A stretch of DNA of 19,979 nucleotides, taken from positions 1 to 19,979 of the forward strand of contig JAKFBU010000052.1 of the NCBI GenBank assembly GCA_036676985.1, written 5' to 3'. The translations under genes were made by a program, and so were the position numbers. The notes beneath the pieces are model-generated. The model saw only the letters and a program-made list of their open reading frames with translations. It ran no database searches and was not told the DNA's origin. This document shows, piece after piece, positions 8,808 to 17,278 of this stretch. The first letter of the stretch is position 1, and every line of letters starts with the position of its first letter. This DNA comes from Candidatus Sericytochromatia bacterium. GTDB taxonomy: Bacteria > Cyanobacteriota > Sericytochromatia > S15B-MN24 > UBA4093.

Positions 8808-9500
8808 TCAGTCGAGGGTCCAGTCGATGGGCGCATGCCCGCGCTCGGCGAGCAGCCGGTTGATGGCCGAGAAGTGGCGACAGCCGAAGAAGCCGTTGTG
8901 CGCCGACAGCGGAGAGGGGTGCGCCGCCTCCAGCACGTGGTGCCGGCTGCGGTTGACGAGCTTGCCCTTCTCGCGGGCCGAGCGGCCCCAGAGGACGAAG
9001 ACGAGGCCCTCGCGACGCTCGTTGAGCGCCCGGATGACGGCATCCGTGAAGCGCTCCCAGCCCCGGTTCTGGTGCGAGGCGGCCTGGTGGGCGCGCACCG
9101 TGAGGGTGGCGTTGAGCAGGAGCACCCCTTGGCGGGCCCATGGAGCGAGGTTGCCATGCGTGGGCACTTGCAGGCCCAGATCGGCGCGCAGCTCCTTGAA
9201 GATGTTGACGAGCGACGGCGGCGGCTGCACGCCGGGCGGCACCGAGAAGCTGAGCCCGTGCGCCTGGCCGGGCCCGTGGTACGGGTCCTGGCCGAGGATG
9301 ACGACCTTGACCCGCTCGAAGGGCGTGCTGTCGAGCGCGTTGAAGATGAGCGGGCCCGGCGGATAGAACGTGTGTCCTTCCTGCCGCTCCTGCAGCAGGA
9401 AGGCCTTGAGGTCCCGGAAGTACGGCGCCTGGAACTCGTCGGCGAGCGCTTCTTTCCAGCTCTCATGCAGCTTGGGGTCGATGGTCGGGGTCGTGGTCAT
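8808..9500 (-). CDS. ung: Uracil-DNA glycosylase, family 1
   Basis: Motifs [43 protein letters not shown] and HPSPLSA. Confidence 0.97.
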   Translation of the reverse strand: MTTTPTIDPKLHESWKEALADEFQAPYFRDLKAFLLQERQEGHTFYPPGPLIFNALDSTPFERVKVVILGQDPYHGPGQAHGLSFSVPPGVQPPPSLVNIFKELRADLGLQVPTHGNLAPWARQGVLLLNATLTVRAHQAASHQNRGWERFTDAVIRALNERREGLVFVLWGRSAREKGKLVNRSRHHVLEAAHPSPLSAHNGFFGCRHFSAINRLLAERGHAPIDWTLD

Positions 9501-9566
9501 GGGGCCTCGCGGTCGGGGGGCGTTTCCGTTCAGTTTAGCACCCCCCGACCGACCCCAGCGCCGCGC

Positions 9567-10334
9567 TTAGCGCACGATGACAGTGCCCGTCATGCCCCCG
9601 TGAAAGGTGCACAGGTAATGCTGGGTCCCCACCGTGTTGAAGGTGATGGTGACCTGGTTTCCCTGGTTGAGGGTACCAGAGCCCGTGAACTGGGCGCCTC
9701 CGGTGGGCGTCACGTTGTGCGGCATGGAGTCGTTGTTGATGAAGGTCACCGTGCCGCCCTGGGCGACCTCGACGCTGTTCGGCGAGAAGGCCATGCCCGT
9801 CATGGTGACCGTGGCGGTCTGCGGGGGCTCCGGCGTCGCGGTCGGCGTGGGGGTCGGCGTGGCCTCGACCAGCGTGATGGTGGAGCTCACGGAGCCCGTC
9901 GTCGGCACGCTGAGCGTCAGGTTCGCCGTCGCCTCGCGGCCCGCCACCACCGCGACGTTGGCGGAGCCGGACGCCAGGACGTTGTTGGCGGCATCCTCGA
10001 CCGATACGGAGAGCACGGCAGGGCCGGCGGGCACGCTGTCGAAGCTGGCCGAGGCCGTTCCACCCGTGATCTGACCATGGGTGATGGTGGTGGCCATGGG
10101 AGAGGCCAGGTTGGCGCCCGTGAGCGACACATCCAGGTGATCGATCACTTCCGCGAGGCCTGCGGCCGAACGGTCCGCACGGGGCAGCTGGACGGCGAAG
10201 CTCACGCGACCGACGACATGGTCGCCAGCATGGGTGCCGTTGGATGGCCCGAGCGACTCGCTCAGGGCCGTGCAGCCGACGATGGCCAACCCGATGGCCA
10301 GCGACAGGGCGCCAAAAAGGGTACGCTTCTTCAT
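9567..10334 (-). CDS. Lipoprotein with N-terminal beta-sandwich, PT linker and C-terminal plastocyanin/azurin-type cupredoxin
   Basis: Lipobox IVGC (Cys21), SD GAGGAGG. The cupredoxin has FSP..VEVAQGGTVTF, PHNV and YLCTFHGGMTG, giving the His/Cys/His/Met type-1 copper ligands. Confidence 0.88.
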   Translation of the reverse strand: MKKRTLFGALSLAIGLAIVGCTALSESLGPSNGTHAGDHVVGRVSFAVQLPRADRSAAGLAEVIDHLDVSLTGANLASPMATTITHGQITGGTASASFDSVPAGPAVLSVSVEDAANNVLASGSANVAVVAGREATANLTLSVPTTGSVSSTITLVEATPTPTPTATPEPPQTATVTMTGMAFSPNSVEVAQGGTVTFINNDSMPHNVTPTGGAQFTGSGTLNQGNQVTITFNTVGTQHYLCTFHGGMTGTVIVR

Positions 10335-10482
10335 GACTAGGTGTCCTCCTCAGCAGCTAGAAGGCGATTGGTAAACCTTACCCGACGGACGGCCCATCGT
10401 ATCGACGGCGGGACGTCGCCGAGTCGGATCTATTCCGCCCGGCTGAGCATGGCGCTCACACCGGCGGGGGCCTACCGGTGGG

Positions 10483-11070
10483 TCAAGAGCGCTCGGTCGG
10501 TGTAGAGGCTCCTGCCTGAGACTCGCTCGGGGCGGTGCGATCGCTCCGTCCCACGCGCATCAGGAGGGCGGGTCCGTCGAGCGTCTCTACGATCCCGACG
10601 TCCCGGAAGCCCGCCTTGCGGTAGGCGGCGATGGCGCGCACGTTGTCGGGGGCGGGGTCGGTCTGGATGGTCGTCACCCGCGGATCGCTGAACAAGAAGG
10701 CGATAAAGGCGCGCAGCATGCGCGTGCCGAGCCCCTGCCCGAGCCGGTCGGGCAGGCCGATGAACTGGTCAGTGCCGAGGGCGGCGGGATCGGTCTCGTC
10801 GAGCCACCAGCCCTCGGCCTGGTGGGCCATGACCCGGTAGGCCTGCACGAAGGCAAAGGGTTCGCCGTCTTCGTAGGCGAGGTACTGCACGACACCCGCG
10901 GGCGCATCGAGGGGCAGGACCTCCGGCCCCGTGAGCCGGGGCAGATAGTCCTCCTGCACCTCTGCGAACGTGGGGGCGGGCTCCCACCACTCCGTCACAT
11001 GCGGCCGCGTCAGCCAGTCGTGCAGCAAGGGGAGGTCGGAGGCCACGAGGGGGCGGAAGGTGATGCTCAT
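10483..11070 (-). CDS. GNAT acetyltransferase, aminoglycoside 6'-N-acetyltransferase AAC(6')-Ib/II-like
   Basis: WLTRPHVTEWW, EVQEDYLP, GWWLDETDP, GTDQF, LGQGLGT, LFSDPRVTTIQTDPAPDNVRAIAAYRKAGF and DGPA all parallel AAC(6')-Ib motifs as I recall them. The start ATG 11070 sits 6 nt after TATACT. Confidence 0.85.
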   Translation of the reverse strand: MSITFRPLVASDLPLLHDWLTRPHVTEWWEPAPTFAEVQEDYLPRLTGPEVLPLDAPAGVVQYLAYEDGEPFAFVQAYRVMAHQAEGWWLDETDPAALGTDQFIGLPDRLGQGLGTRMLRAFIAFLFSDPRVTTIQTDPAPDNVRAIAAYRKAGFRDVGIVETLDGPALLMRVGRSDRTAPSESQAGASTPTERS

Positions 11071-11076
11071 TTGATC

Positions 11077-11100
11077 AGTATACGCGGTTCCGGGTATGCT
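11077..11100. promoter_or_regulatory. Back-to-back -10 elements: TATACT (minus, 11077-11082) and TATGCT (plus, 11095-11100)
   Basis: Both hexamers lie in the short divergent spacer between the GNAT gene and the rightward genes. Confidence 0.45.
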
Positions 11101-11140
11101 TCCGACCGAGGCGTCACCGGCCCGGGGGCTCATCGATGCC

Positions 11141-11287
11141 CCCTTGGCCAAGCAATACGGCTGGGGCCTGTTGTTCGACGAGGCCGGCAGGATCGCCCTG
11201 CTCCCGATGGAGTCGGCGGAGTACCGTGAGCTGCTGGACGGCCAGCGGGTGCAGGTGCGGCGGGCCATGCGATCGCGACGCGCCTAG
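11141..11287 (+). pseudogene. 3' remnant of a DUF6157-like gene
   Basis: PLAKQYGWGLLFDEAGRIALLPMESAEYRELL...VRRAMRSRRA* resembles the DUF6157 C-terminus as I recall it. The N-terminal part and an SD-supported start are absent. Confidence 0.6.
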
Positions 11288-11327
11288 TCGATCGCATATC
11301 CATTCCTGGCGCCGAAAGGAGTTCCGA

Positions 11328-11702
11328 GTGCCTAAACCGACCGTCAGCGAGTTCCTGAGCTCGCTCGAGCATCCCCTGAAAGCCGACGTCGAGCGCGTGC
11401 GCGCCCTCATCCTGGGAGCCGATCCGGGCATTGGAGAGCACATCAAGTGGAATGCCCCGAGTTTCACCTACGGGGGCGATGACCGGGTGACCTTCAACCT
11501 GCGTCCGACGGCCTATCTCCAGCTCGTCTTCCATCGGGGGGCCAAGGTCAAGGATGCGACGGGGTTCGGGTTCGACGATCCAGCAGGCCTGCTCGAGTGG
11601 GCGTCACCTGACCGGGCCGTCCTGAAGCTGAAAGGCGGGGAAGACGTCGCTCGAAACGAGGCGGCCCTTGTTGAGTTGGTGGCTCGCTGGGTCAAGGTGT
11701 AG
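11328..11702 (+). CDS. DUF1801 (YdhG-like) domain protein
   Basis: GTG start with SD AAAGGAG; VSEFLSSLEHP...VRALIL...EHIKWNAPSF...LVFHRGAK...DPAGLLEW. Confidence 0.85.
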   Translation: MPKPTVSEFLSSLEHPLKADVERVRALILGADPGIGEHIKWNAPSFTYGGDDRVTFNLRPTAYLQLVFHRGAKVKDATGFGFDDPAGLLEWASPDRAVLKLKGGEDVARNEAALVELVARWVKV

Positions 11703-11938
11703 CGACGCTGGCCCCTTCACTCAATCCTGGGGCGGTTTTTCGGCTGGGCGCCCGCAAGCCGCTCAGTCAAATGATTAGAGGCGAGCGAGGTTGCTCCCAT
11801 CCGTCCGGAGTTTAACGTGAAGACTTGCGGCGACATGTGAAGAATTAGTGAGTTCTAATCCTTTCAGCTTGTTTGCCTACCGCACCCCCTGTCATTCTGG
11901 CATGGTCAGGCCCTTTCGAGACCCTTCGGGCGCATACC

Positions 11939-13687
11939 ATGCCTTTCGACCCAACCCCCATCGATCGACCCGCTCGCGTCCGTAATTGGGCGCTTGGCGC
12001 GGCACTGCTCGCCACCTTGGCAATCGTGCCCTCGGTCGCGGCCGCGCCGCACGCACGAGCCGGCCTCGCGTTCGAGGCGGACGACAACGTCGTGTTGCTG
12101 CCGATCCTTCGCCCCGGCGCCGATTGGAGCGTCTTCAGGGAGGAAGGGAACGTCGCCTTCGTGGAGGTCCCCGCCGCGGGCACCTTCGCGTCCGCCTGGC
12201 TGGATGTGCCGCGGGTCCTGGAGGCGCCCTCGAGCCTCGTCCGCCGACTCCGGGTGGCCGAGAACCGGGAGGGCGTCTTGCGCCTCGCCGTACGAGGGAC
12301 TGAGCCGGTCGACCTGAAGCCGCGCTATCGCCAAATCAAGGGCGACTGGTACCTGCAGGTGCGCATCGTGCCTTTGGAGTCGCGTCCCGCTATGGCGCGC
12401 GCCTCGACTCGCGCCGCGACCAACACCACTCTGACGACCACCCATTACGACGCCTCGACCGATACGTTGTGGGTGGGCTTCCAGGGGGATCCCCCCGCCT
12501 ACCGCGTGACCCGCGAGGCCGATCCCCGGCGCTTCCAGGTGGACTTCCGCGGGGTGACGCTGCCCCAGGTCCGCCAGGGCACCGCCCCGGCGGGGAGCAA
12601 GTGGCTCTCCCGGTGGAACCTCAAGGCCGCCCAGGGCGGAGCGCGCATGGTGGTCATGCCGACCCCGCCGCAGCCGCTCTACCTGTACTCCGCCCGCAGG
12701 GGCTCCTACGTGGTCTTCTGGCGCGTGGGGGCCACCGCCTCGGTGCAACCGACCCCGGTGCCCGTCCCCAGGCCGACGGCAAGTCCGTCCCCCGCGCCCA
12801 CGCCCGTCCCCACGGTGGCTCCCACGCCCGTCCCCACGGAGGCGCCCACCCTGGCCCCCGTGAGCCTCGAGCCGAGCCCCGTGCCGGTCGTCGTGGAGCC
12901 CGCCCCCGAACCCACTCCGGTGCCCGTCGTCCTCGAGCCGACGCCCGCTCCGGCGCGGCCGGAGGCCCCGGCCTTCCAGCCGGGCTTCGACCTGGCAGCC
13001 CCCATGGTGAGCACCACGCTCGGCTGGGTCAACGAGTCCTTCGGCCCCGAGATTCAGTCGTTCTCGAACTCCGGGGCGGTCGGGCTCATGGTGGACTGGG
13101 CCCCGACCTGGGAGGCCTGGCGCTTCCCAATCTCCTTCGGTCAGTCGGGTTACGAGTTCGCGAACGCCGACTACCCCGGCACCACCCATCGGCGAGCCGT
13201 CACCCATGGCTCGTTGGCCGTCGAGCGCCGCTATCGCTGGATGGGCCTGGAGCTCGCCAGCGGGCTCGGGTACCAGGGCAACTGGGCCCGGGTGATCAGC
13301 AGCGCGGGCGTGCCCGTCGCGCCGGCGCCGAGCCAGATGTGGTTCTCGCCCACCATGAACCTGCAGGGCGTCGAGCTGCGGCAACAGCTCACCTATCAGG
13401 CCATGCCCGCGCTGCAGCTCGGTCTGGCCCTTGCATGGACGCCTCTCGAGACAGCGGACGTCTCCCTGACCAACGCCATGCCTCAGCTGACGCGCTTCCG
13501 GATCGCGCCGACCGTGAGCGTGGGCGCCGAGTCCCCGGTCAGGCTGAGCGTGTTCTACGACCAGGCGCTGGGCGGGAACTTCCAGCCGGATGCCAACGGC
13601 GTGAGCCAGTCGTTCAGCCAATCCACGCTTGGCGCGAGCCTGACGTTCGGGATCGGGGCCCTCTCGTGGCCGGGAGGCACCCGATGA
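11939..13687 (+). CDS. Exported protein: AMIN-like domain(s) + Pro/Thr-rich linker + putative outer-membrane beta-barrel
   Basis: Signal-like segment WALGAALLATLAIVPSVAAA. AMIN-like segments include PRRFQVDFRG and VRRLRVAENREGVLRLAV. There is a ~75-aa Pro-rich linker and a C-terminal ~230 aa of amphipathic, aromatic-flanked strands. The start is uncertain (no clear SD). Confidence 0.65.
   Translation: MPFDPTPIDRPARVRNWALGAALLATLAIVPSVAAAPHARAGLAFEADDNVVLLPILRPGADWSVFREEGNVAFVEVPAAGTFASAWLDVPRVLEAPSSLVRRLRVAENREGVLRLAVRGTEPVDLKPRYRQIKGDWYLQVRIVPLESRPAMARASTRAATNTTLTTTHYDASTDTLWVGFQGDPPAYRVTREADPRRFQVDFRGVTLPQVRQGTAPAGSKWLSRWNLKAAQGGARMVVMPTPPQPLYLYSARRGSYVVFWRVGATASVQPTPVPVPRPTASPSPAPTPVPTVAPTPVPTEAPTLAPVSLEPSPVPVVVEPAPEPTPVPVVLEPTPAPARPEAPAFQPGFDLAAPMVSTTLGWVNESFGPEIQSFSNSGAVGLMVDWAPTWEAWRFPISFGQSGYEFANADYPGTTHRRAVTHGSLAVERRYRWMGLELASGLGYQGNWARVISSAGVPVAPAPSQMWFSPTMNLQGVELRQQLTYQAMPALQLGLALAWTPLETADVSLTNAMPQLTRFRIAPTVSVGAESPVRLSVFYDQALGGNFQPDANGVSQSFSQSTLGASLTFGIGALSWPGGTR
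12746..12970 (+). repeat. Coding Pro/Thr/Val low-complexity linker (PTPVP repeats)
   Basis: QPTPVPVPRPTASPSPAPTPVPTVAPTPVPTEAPT...EPTPVPVVLEPTPAP; includes two copies of CCCACGCCCGTCCCCACGG. Confidence 0.85.
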
Positions 13688-13732
13688 TCCCCGCGCCCTC
13701 GGTCTACCCCCACCCCGGCACGGAGTCCCCGC

Positions 13733-14743
13733 ATGAGTCGTAGCCATGCCATCTGGTCCCTCACCGCGTGCGGTGCGATGCTCATCGCGGCCTGCGCCAG
13801 CGGCCCTGCGCCCCTGTCCCTGAAGTCGCAGCCAGGCGGCCCGGTATCCTTCCACGACCACGCCCCGCGCGCGAAGGCCGTCACGGTGCGCCTCCTCGAC
13901 GAACGCCCGCGTGACGTGCAGATGCTCGCGGACGCCGATGCCGCCTACAACGGCGTCTTGATGCGCCTGAGCAACAGCGCCCTGCTGAAGGCGGATCAGG
14001 TGATCGCCCTCTCCAAGCAGGGCGGCGCCTACACCGGCGTCTTCAGGGATCTGCCGAGCGATTCCCTCGGGCGTTACCTGCTCACCGTGAGCCTGCACCG
14101 CAACGTCGGCACCCCGACCTCGGCCGCCGACCCCGCCTACGCCCTGGACGCCAATAAGGTCGGCCAGGGCTCGGCCACCTTCGCGCTCTCGCCCGGCCAG
14201 GACACCACGGTGGAAGTGGTCATCAACGCGGTCGGAACGCTGGTGCTGACCCAAAACAGCCTCGTGCTGGACCCGGCGAGCCTCACCTCGGGGCAATCGG
14301 GCGTGGTCCTGGACACCCAGGTCAATGCCGCCAAGGAGCCCGGGGCCGACTCCCTGCGGCTGGCGGTCCTCGGCGCTAGCAGCGTCACGGTCAGTACGGC
14401 GTCCCTGCCGGCCGCCCAGTGGCCGCCTTCTCCGGCCACGGCCACCATGAGCCTCGCGGTTCCGGCCCTGGCCGGCGGCTACACGATCCAAGTCGACCTC
14501 CTGAAGGGCGCGACCCTGCTGTCGCGGCGATCGCAGGCCATCACCGTCTCGCTCGCGCCGACGCCCACGCCCTCGCCGAGCCCGTCGCCTTCTCCGACGC
14601 CCACGCTGGCGCCCACGCCCACGCCGTCCCCGACGAGGACGCCGACGCCGGCACCTACCAGGACGCCGACGCCGTGCTGCGGGGGGTGCGTCGATAACGA
14701 CTTCGACGGCTACGACGACCGGACCGGCGACCCGTGCTACTAG
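13733..14743 (+). CDS. Uncharacterised lipoprotein (paralog of 16374 gene) with PT stalk and Cys/Asp-rich tail
   Basis: SD GGAG, lipobox IAAC (Cys21), beta-rich core, (PT/PS)n and tail [22 protein letters not shown]. Confidence 0.8.
   Translation: MSRSHAIWSLTACGAMLIAACASGPAPLSLKSQPGGPVSFHDHAPRAKAVTVRLLDERPRDVQMLADADAAYNGVLMRLSNSALLKADQVIALSKQGGAYTGVFRDLPSDSLGRYLLTVSLHRNVGTPTSAADPAYALDANKVGQGSATFALSPGQDTTVEVVINAVGTLVLTQNSLVLDPASLTSGQSGVVLDTQVNAAKEPGADSLRLAVLGASSVTVSTASLPAAQWPPSPATATMSLAVPALAGGYTIQVDLLKGATLLSRRSQAITVSLAPTPTPSPSPSPSPTPTLAPTPTPSPTRTPTPAPTRTPTPCCGGCVDNDFDGYDDRTGDPCY
14558..14674 (+). repeat. Coding 6-bp-period (CCSWCG) Pro-Thr/Pro-Ser repeat
   Basis: [39 protein letters not shown]. 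Confidence 0.88.
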
Positions 14744-14792
14744 CCGACCCACGACCCACCGCGATGGTTTGTGCCCCCTCAGGAGTGGCTTC

Positions 14793-15131
14793 ATGTTGTC
14801 CCTAGCTGTTGCGACTGCCTCCATCCTCGCCATGCCCCCCGACGCCCCCCGGTCGCCGGACTGGAAGCCAGTGGCCGCCTCCCTGGTCGTGCCGGGTTCG
14901 GGCCAGTACCTGCAGGGCCGCACCGGGCGAGCGGCCACCCAGCTTGGCGCGGCCCTGGCCTGCCTCGCGGTTTACGTGGCCGCGGACCGGCAGCCGGCCT
15001 CCGCGGTGGGCGGCCCGGACAACGTGCGCACCTTCGCGGCCGCCGGCATGCTCGGCCTCGCCGTCTGGAGCCCCCTCGACGCGTGGCTCTTCGAGCGCAC
15101 GAGCGTCGCGACCGAGGAGGTGGCCCGATGA
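14793..15131 (+). CDS. Small membrane protein with SxxxPGxGQ motif (DUF5683/TM2-like)
   Basis: SD AGGAG; AASLVVPGSGQYLQGRTGRA, two further hydrophobic helices and WSPLDAW. Its stop overlaps the next start (ATGA). Confidence 0.7.
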   Translation: MLSLAVATASILAMPPDAPRSPDWKPVAASLVVPGSGQYLQGRTGRAATQLGAALACLAVYVAADRQPASAVGGPDNVRTFAAAGMLGLAVWSPLDAWLFERTSVATEEVAR

Positions 15132-16258
15132 ACTGGCGCAAGCTTCGCCGGCACGCGATTCCGCTGGCCATGGTCGGCCTCGTGGTCCTCACGCAGGGCT
15201 GCGCGGTGGGCGCCCTGGTCGCCCTCATGAGCCCCGGGAACGGCTACTCGACCGCCGCCGGCGAGCCGCCCCTGCGCGCGCTCACCGTGCGCGGGGTCCT
15301 CAAGGTTCCCGCGGAGTTCGCGGCCAAGGGCTCGCTGTCTGCGGCTCCGGCGCTCGGCGTCGCCAACCCCTTCACCGACGTCGCCCCGAGCTCGCGAATC
15401 ATCCAGGGCCTGCGCATCCTGGCCACCGAGCCCCAGGCGTCGTCCGGCACCGAGTGGAACGCCGACGGCACCGTCCGCTTCGCCCACGTGGACCTCGTGA
15501 ACCCGGTGACGGGCGAGGTGGTGGGGACCGGCGTGACGGACGGCACCGGCTACTTCGTGGTCCAGACCACCACTCCGGCGGCCAATCGCGTCCCCCTCTT
15601 GGCTCAGGCCGTGCTCCGCAACTCCGCGGGCGAGACCGCGGGCGTCCTCGCGGCCCCCTTCGGGGCGGCCGTGACCTCCGTCCCTACCCGTCAGGCGGGT
15701 GTGGAGGTGTCGGTCGGGAGCACGCTCCTGACGTTCTCGACCCTGCTCCTGAGCGATCAATACGACAAGGTGGACCTGCGCGAGGGCTTCAAGGGCGTCA
15801 AGAGCGTCCGCCTGGGCACGCTCGTCAGCGCCATGTCGAGCGATCGCACCTCGACCGCTGCGAGCGTCCTCTCGCGCAACCCCGACCTGGGAGCGTTGCC
15901 GGGGTTCGATGCCCTGGTCTCGAAGATCGCGTCCGAGAGCGCCGAGCTGTCCTACCACATCCAGGACATCACCAACCGTGCCGCCAACAACAGCCCCCTG
16001 ACGCCGGACGGCGAAGTCAGCTTCGCGTCGGCCGCCATGGACTCGCTGCTCGGGGCCATCATCCGTCTCGATGCCGATGCCCAGGCCAGCGGCAGCGCGA
16101 CGACCAACCTGTTTCAAGGCGCTGCCTCTCAGGTGGACCTCACCACGGTGAAGCAGCAGGCCGACGACATTCAGCGGGGCATCGGGCCGTCTCCGGTCCC
16201 GACGCTCCCGCCGATTCCCACCCCGACCCCCGGCAACATCGGGGTCGTGGTTCACTAG
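15128..16258 (+). CDS. Uncharacterised lipoprotein (N-terminal carboxypeptidase-regulatory/transthyretin-like beta domain, helical C-half)
   Basis: SD GAGGAGG, ATGA coupling, lipobox TQGC (Cys25), GVTDGTGYFVV motif, and C-terminus PTPTPGNIGVVVH. Confidence 0.78.
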   Translation: MNWRKLRRHAIPLAMVGLVVLTQGCAVGALVALMSPGNGYSTAAGEPPLRALTVRGVLKVPAEFAAKGSLSAAPALGVANPFTDVAPSSRIIQGLRILATEPQASSGTEWNADGTVRFAHVDLVNPVTGEVVGTGVTDGTGYFVVQTTTPAANRVPLLAQAVLRNSAGETAGVLAAPFGAAVTSVPTRQAGVEVSVGSTLLTFSTLLLSDQYDKVDLREGFKGVKSVRLGTLVSAMSSDRTSTAASVLSRNPDLGALPGFDALVSKIASESAELSYHIQDITNRAANNSPLTPDGEVSFASAAMDSLLGAIIRLDADAQASGSATTNLFQGAASQVDLTTVKQQADDIQRGIGPSPVPTLPPIPTPTPGNIGVVVH

Positions 16259-16373
16259 CGACCGTTTCGGTCCCACCGGGGTCATTTCCCCGCCCTGCCC
16301 CCGGAGGGGCCGTCATTCCACCTGGGGCGTATCCCTGCCGGTACGTCTCACTTACTAGAGGATTTGGAAAGCG

Positions 16374-17267
16374 ATGAAGCGTCGTACGAAATTCGCCCTG
16401 CTGCTGCCGAGCCTGCTGGCCACCAGCTGCGCGATCGGCCATCGTGATCTCCCGATGATGCCCGCCACCACCAAGGGTGGGCCCGTCAGCTATCACGACG
16501 GCATCGAGGGTCGCGCTCGGATCACCATCCAGGTGGTCGACATGCGCGTCAACCGTGCGGTCCAGACCCTGGATCAGGCGGACGACTACCAGGGCCTGCT
16601 GTTCAAGCTCAGCAACACCACCAAGCTCAAGGCGACCCAGGTCAAGGCGATCGCCAAGGGCGGCTCGTCGACCTACAACCTCGTCTTCGACAACCTGCCC
16701 GTGGATGCGACCGCCAACTACTCGCTGGTCGCGGGCCTGTTCCGCGGTCTGACGGATGCCGCGAGCAGCGCGGATCCCGGCTACTCCGTCCTCGCGAACA
16801 AGGTCGGCGAGGGCGCCTCGGCCAACTTCTCGCTGACGCCCGGCGAGAACAAGCTCATCTCGATCACCATCAACGCCGTGGGCGCCATGAGCTTCACCAG
16901 CTCGCGCTTCGTGCTCGACGAGGTCTCGCCCGTCCTCACCTCGGGCGATTCGACGCTGGTCATGACCGTGAACGACCTCACGACCGCGAACAACCCCGAG
17001 GCCCTGACGCTCCAGACCTCGGTGGTCGATGCCGACGGCGCGACCAAGAGCGTCGACGTCACCGACATCGGCTCCACCCACGCCACGGCGTCGGTCCCCG
17101 TGCCGACGCTCGGCGCGGGCATCACCACGGCGAACTTCACCATCGTCGCCGATCTGCTGAAGGGCAGCCACCTGCTCTCCCGCCGCACCCGCTCGGTGAC
17201 GGTCTCGGCGACGGCCTCGGTGAACGTGGATCTCGATCCGACTCCCGCGAGCGGCGGAGGCGAGTAG
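16374..17267 (+). CDS. Uncharacterised lipoprotein (paralog of 13733 gene)
   Basis: MKRRTKF...LLATSC (Cys19). It shares GGPVSxHD, LSN..LKAxQV, ADPxY..ANKVGxG, INAVG and DLLKGxxLLSRR with the 13733 protein. Confidence 0.82.
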   Translation: MKRRTKFALLLPSLLATSCAIGHRDLPMMPATTKGGPVSYHDGIEGRARITIQVVDMRVNRAVQTLDQADDYQGLLFKLSNTTKLKATQVKAIAKGGSSTYNLVFDNLPVDATANYSLVAGLFRGLTDAASSADPGYSVLANKVGEGASANFSLTPGENKLISITINAVGAMSFTSSRFVLDEVSPVLTSGDSTLVMTVNDLTTANNPEALTLQTSVVDADGATKSVDVTDIGSTHATASVPVPTLGAGITTANFTIVADLLKGSHLLSRRTRSVTVSATASVNVDLDPTPASGGGE

Positions 17268-17278
17268 GGATCCGCTGA

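Noticed and set aside
10400-10482. attC site or integron cassette around the aac-like gene
   Set aside because: There is no RYYYAAC...GTTRRRY pair after the stop, only a weak CACCGG/CCGGTG hairpin, and no integrase.
11711-11740. Intrinsic terminator after the DUF1801 gene (GCCCC...GGGGC-GGTTTTT)
   Set aside because: The 5-bp stem with a 13-nt loop is possible but too weak to call.
14558-14674. Short tandem repeats as a possible CRISPR array or VNTR element
   Set aside because: They are in-frame Pro-Thr codon repeats with no repeat-spacer structure and no cas genes.
11906-14938. Very long antisense and alternate-frame ORFs (e.g. 11906-14938 -, 16781-18997 -, 3902-5863 -, 832-2130 +, 8787-10340 +, 7436-8863 +)
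   Set aside because: These are shadow ORFs of high-GC genes. They are Arg/Gly/Ala-rich, carry no motifs, and overlap well-supported genes on the other strand or frame.
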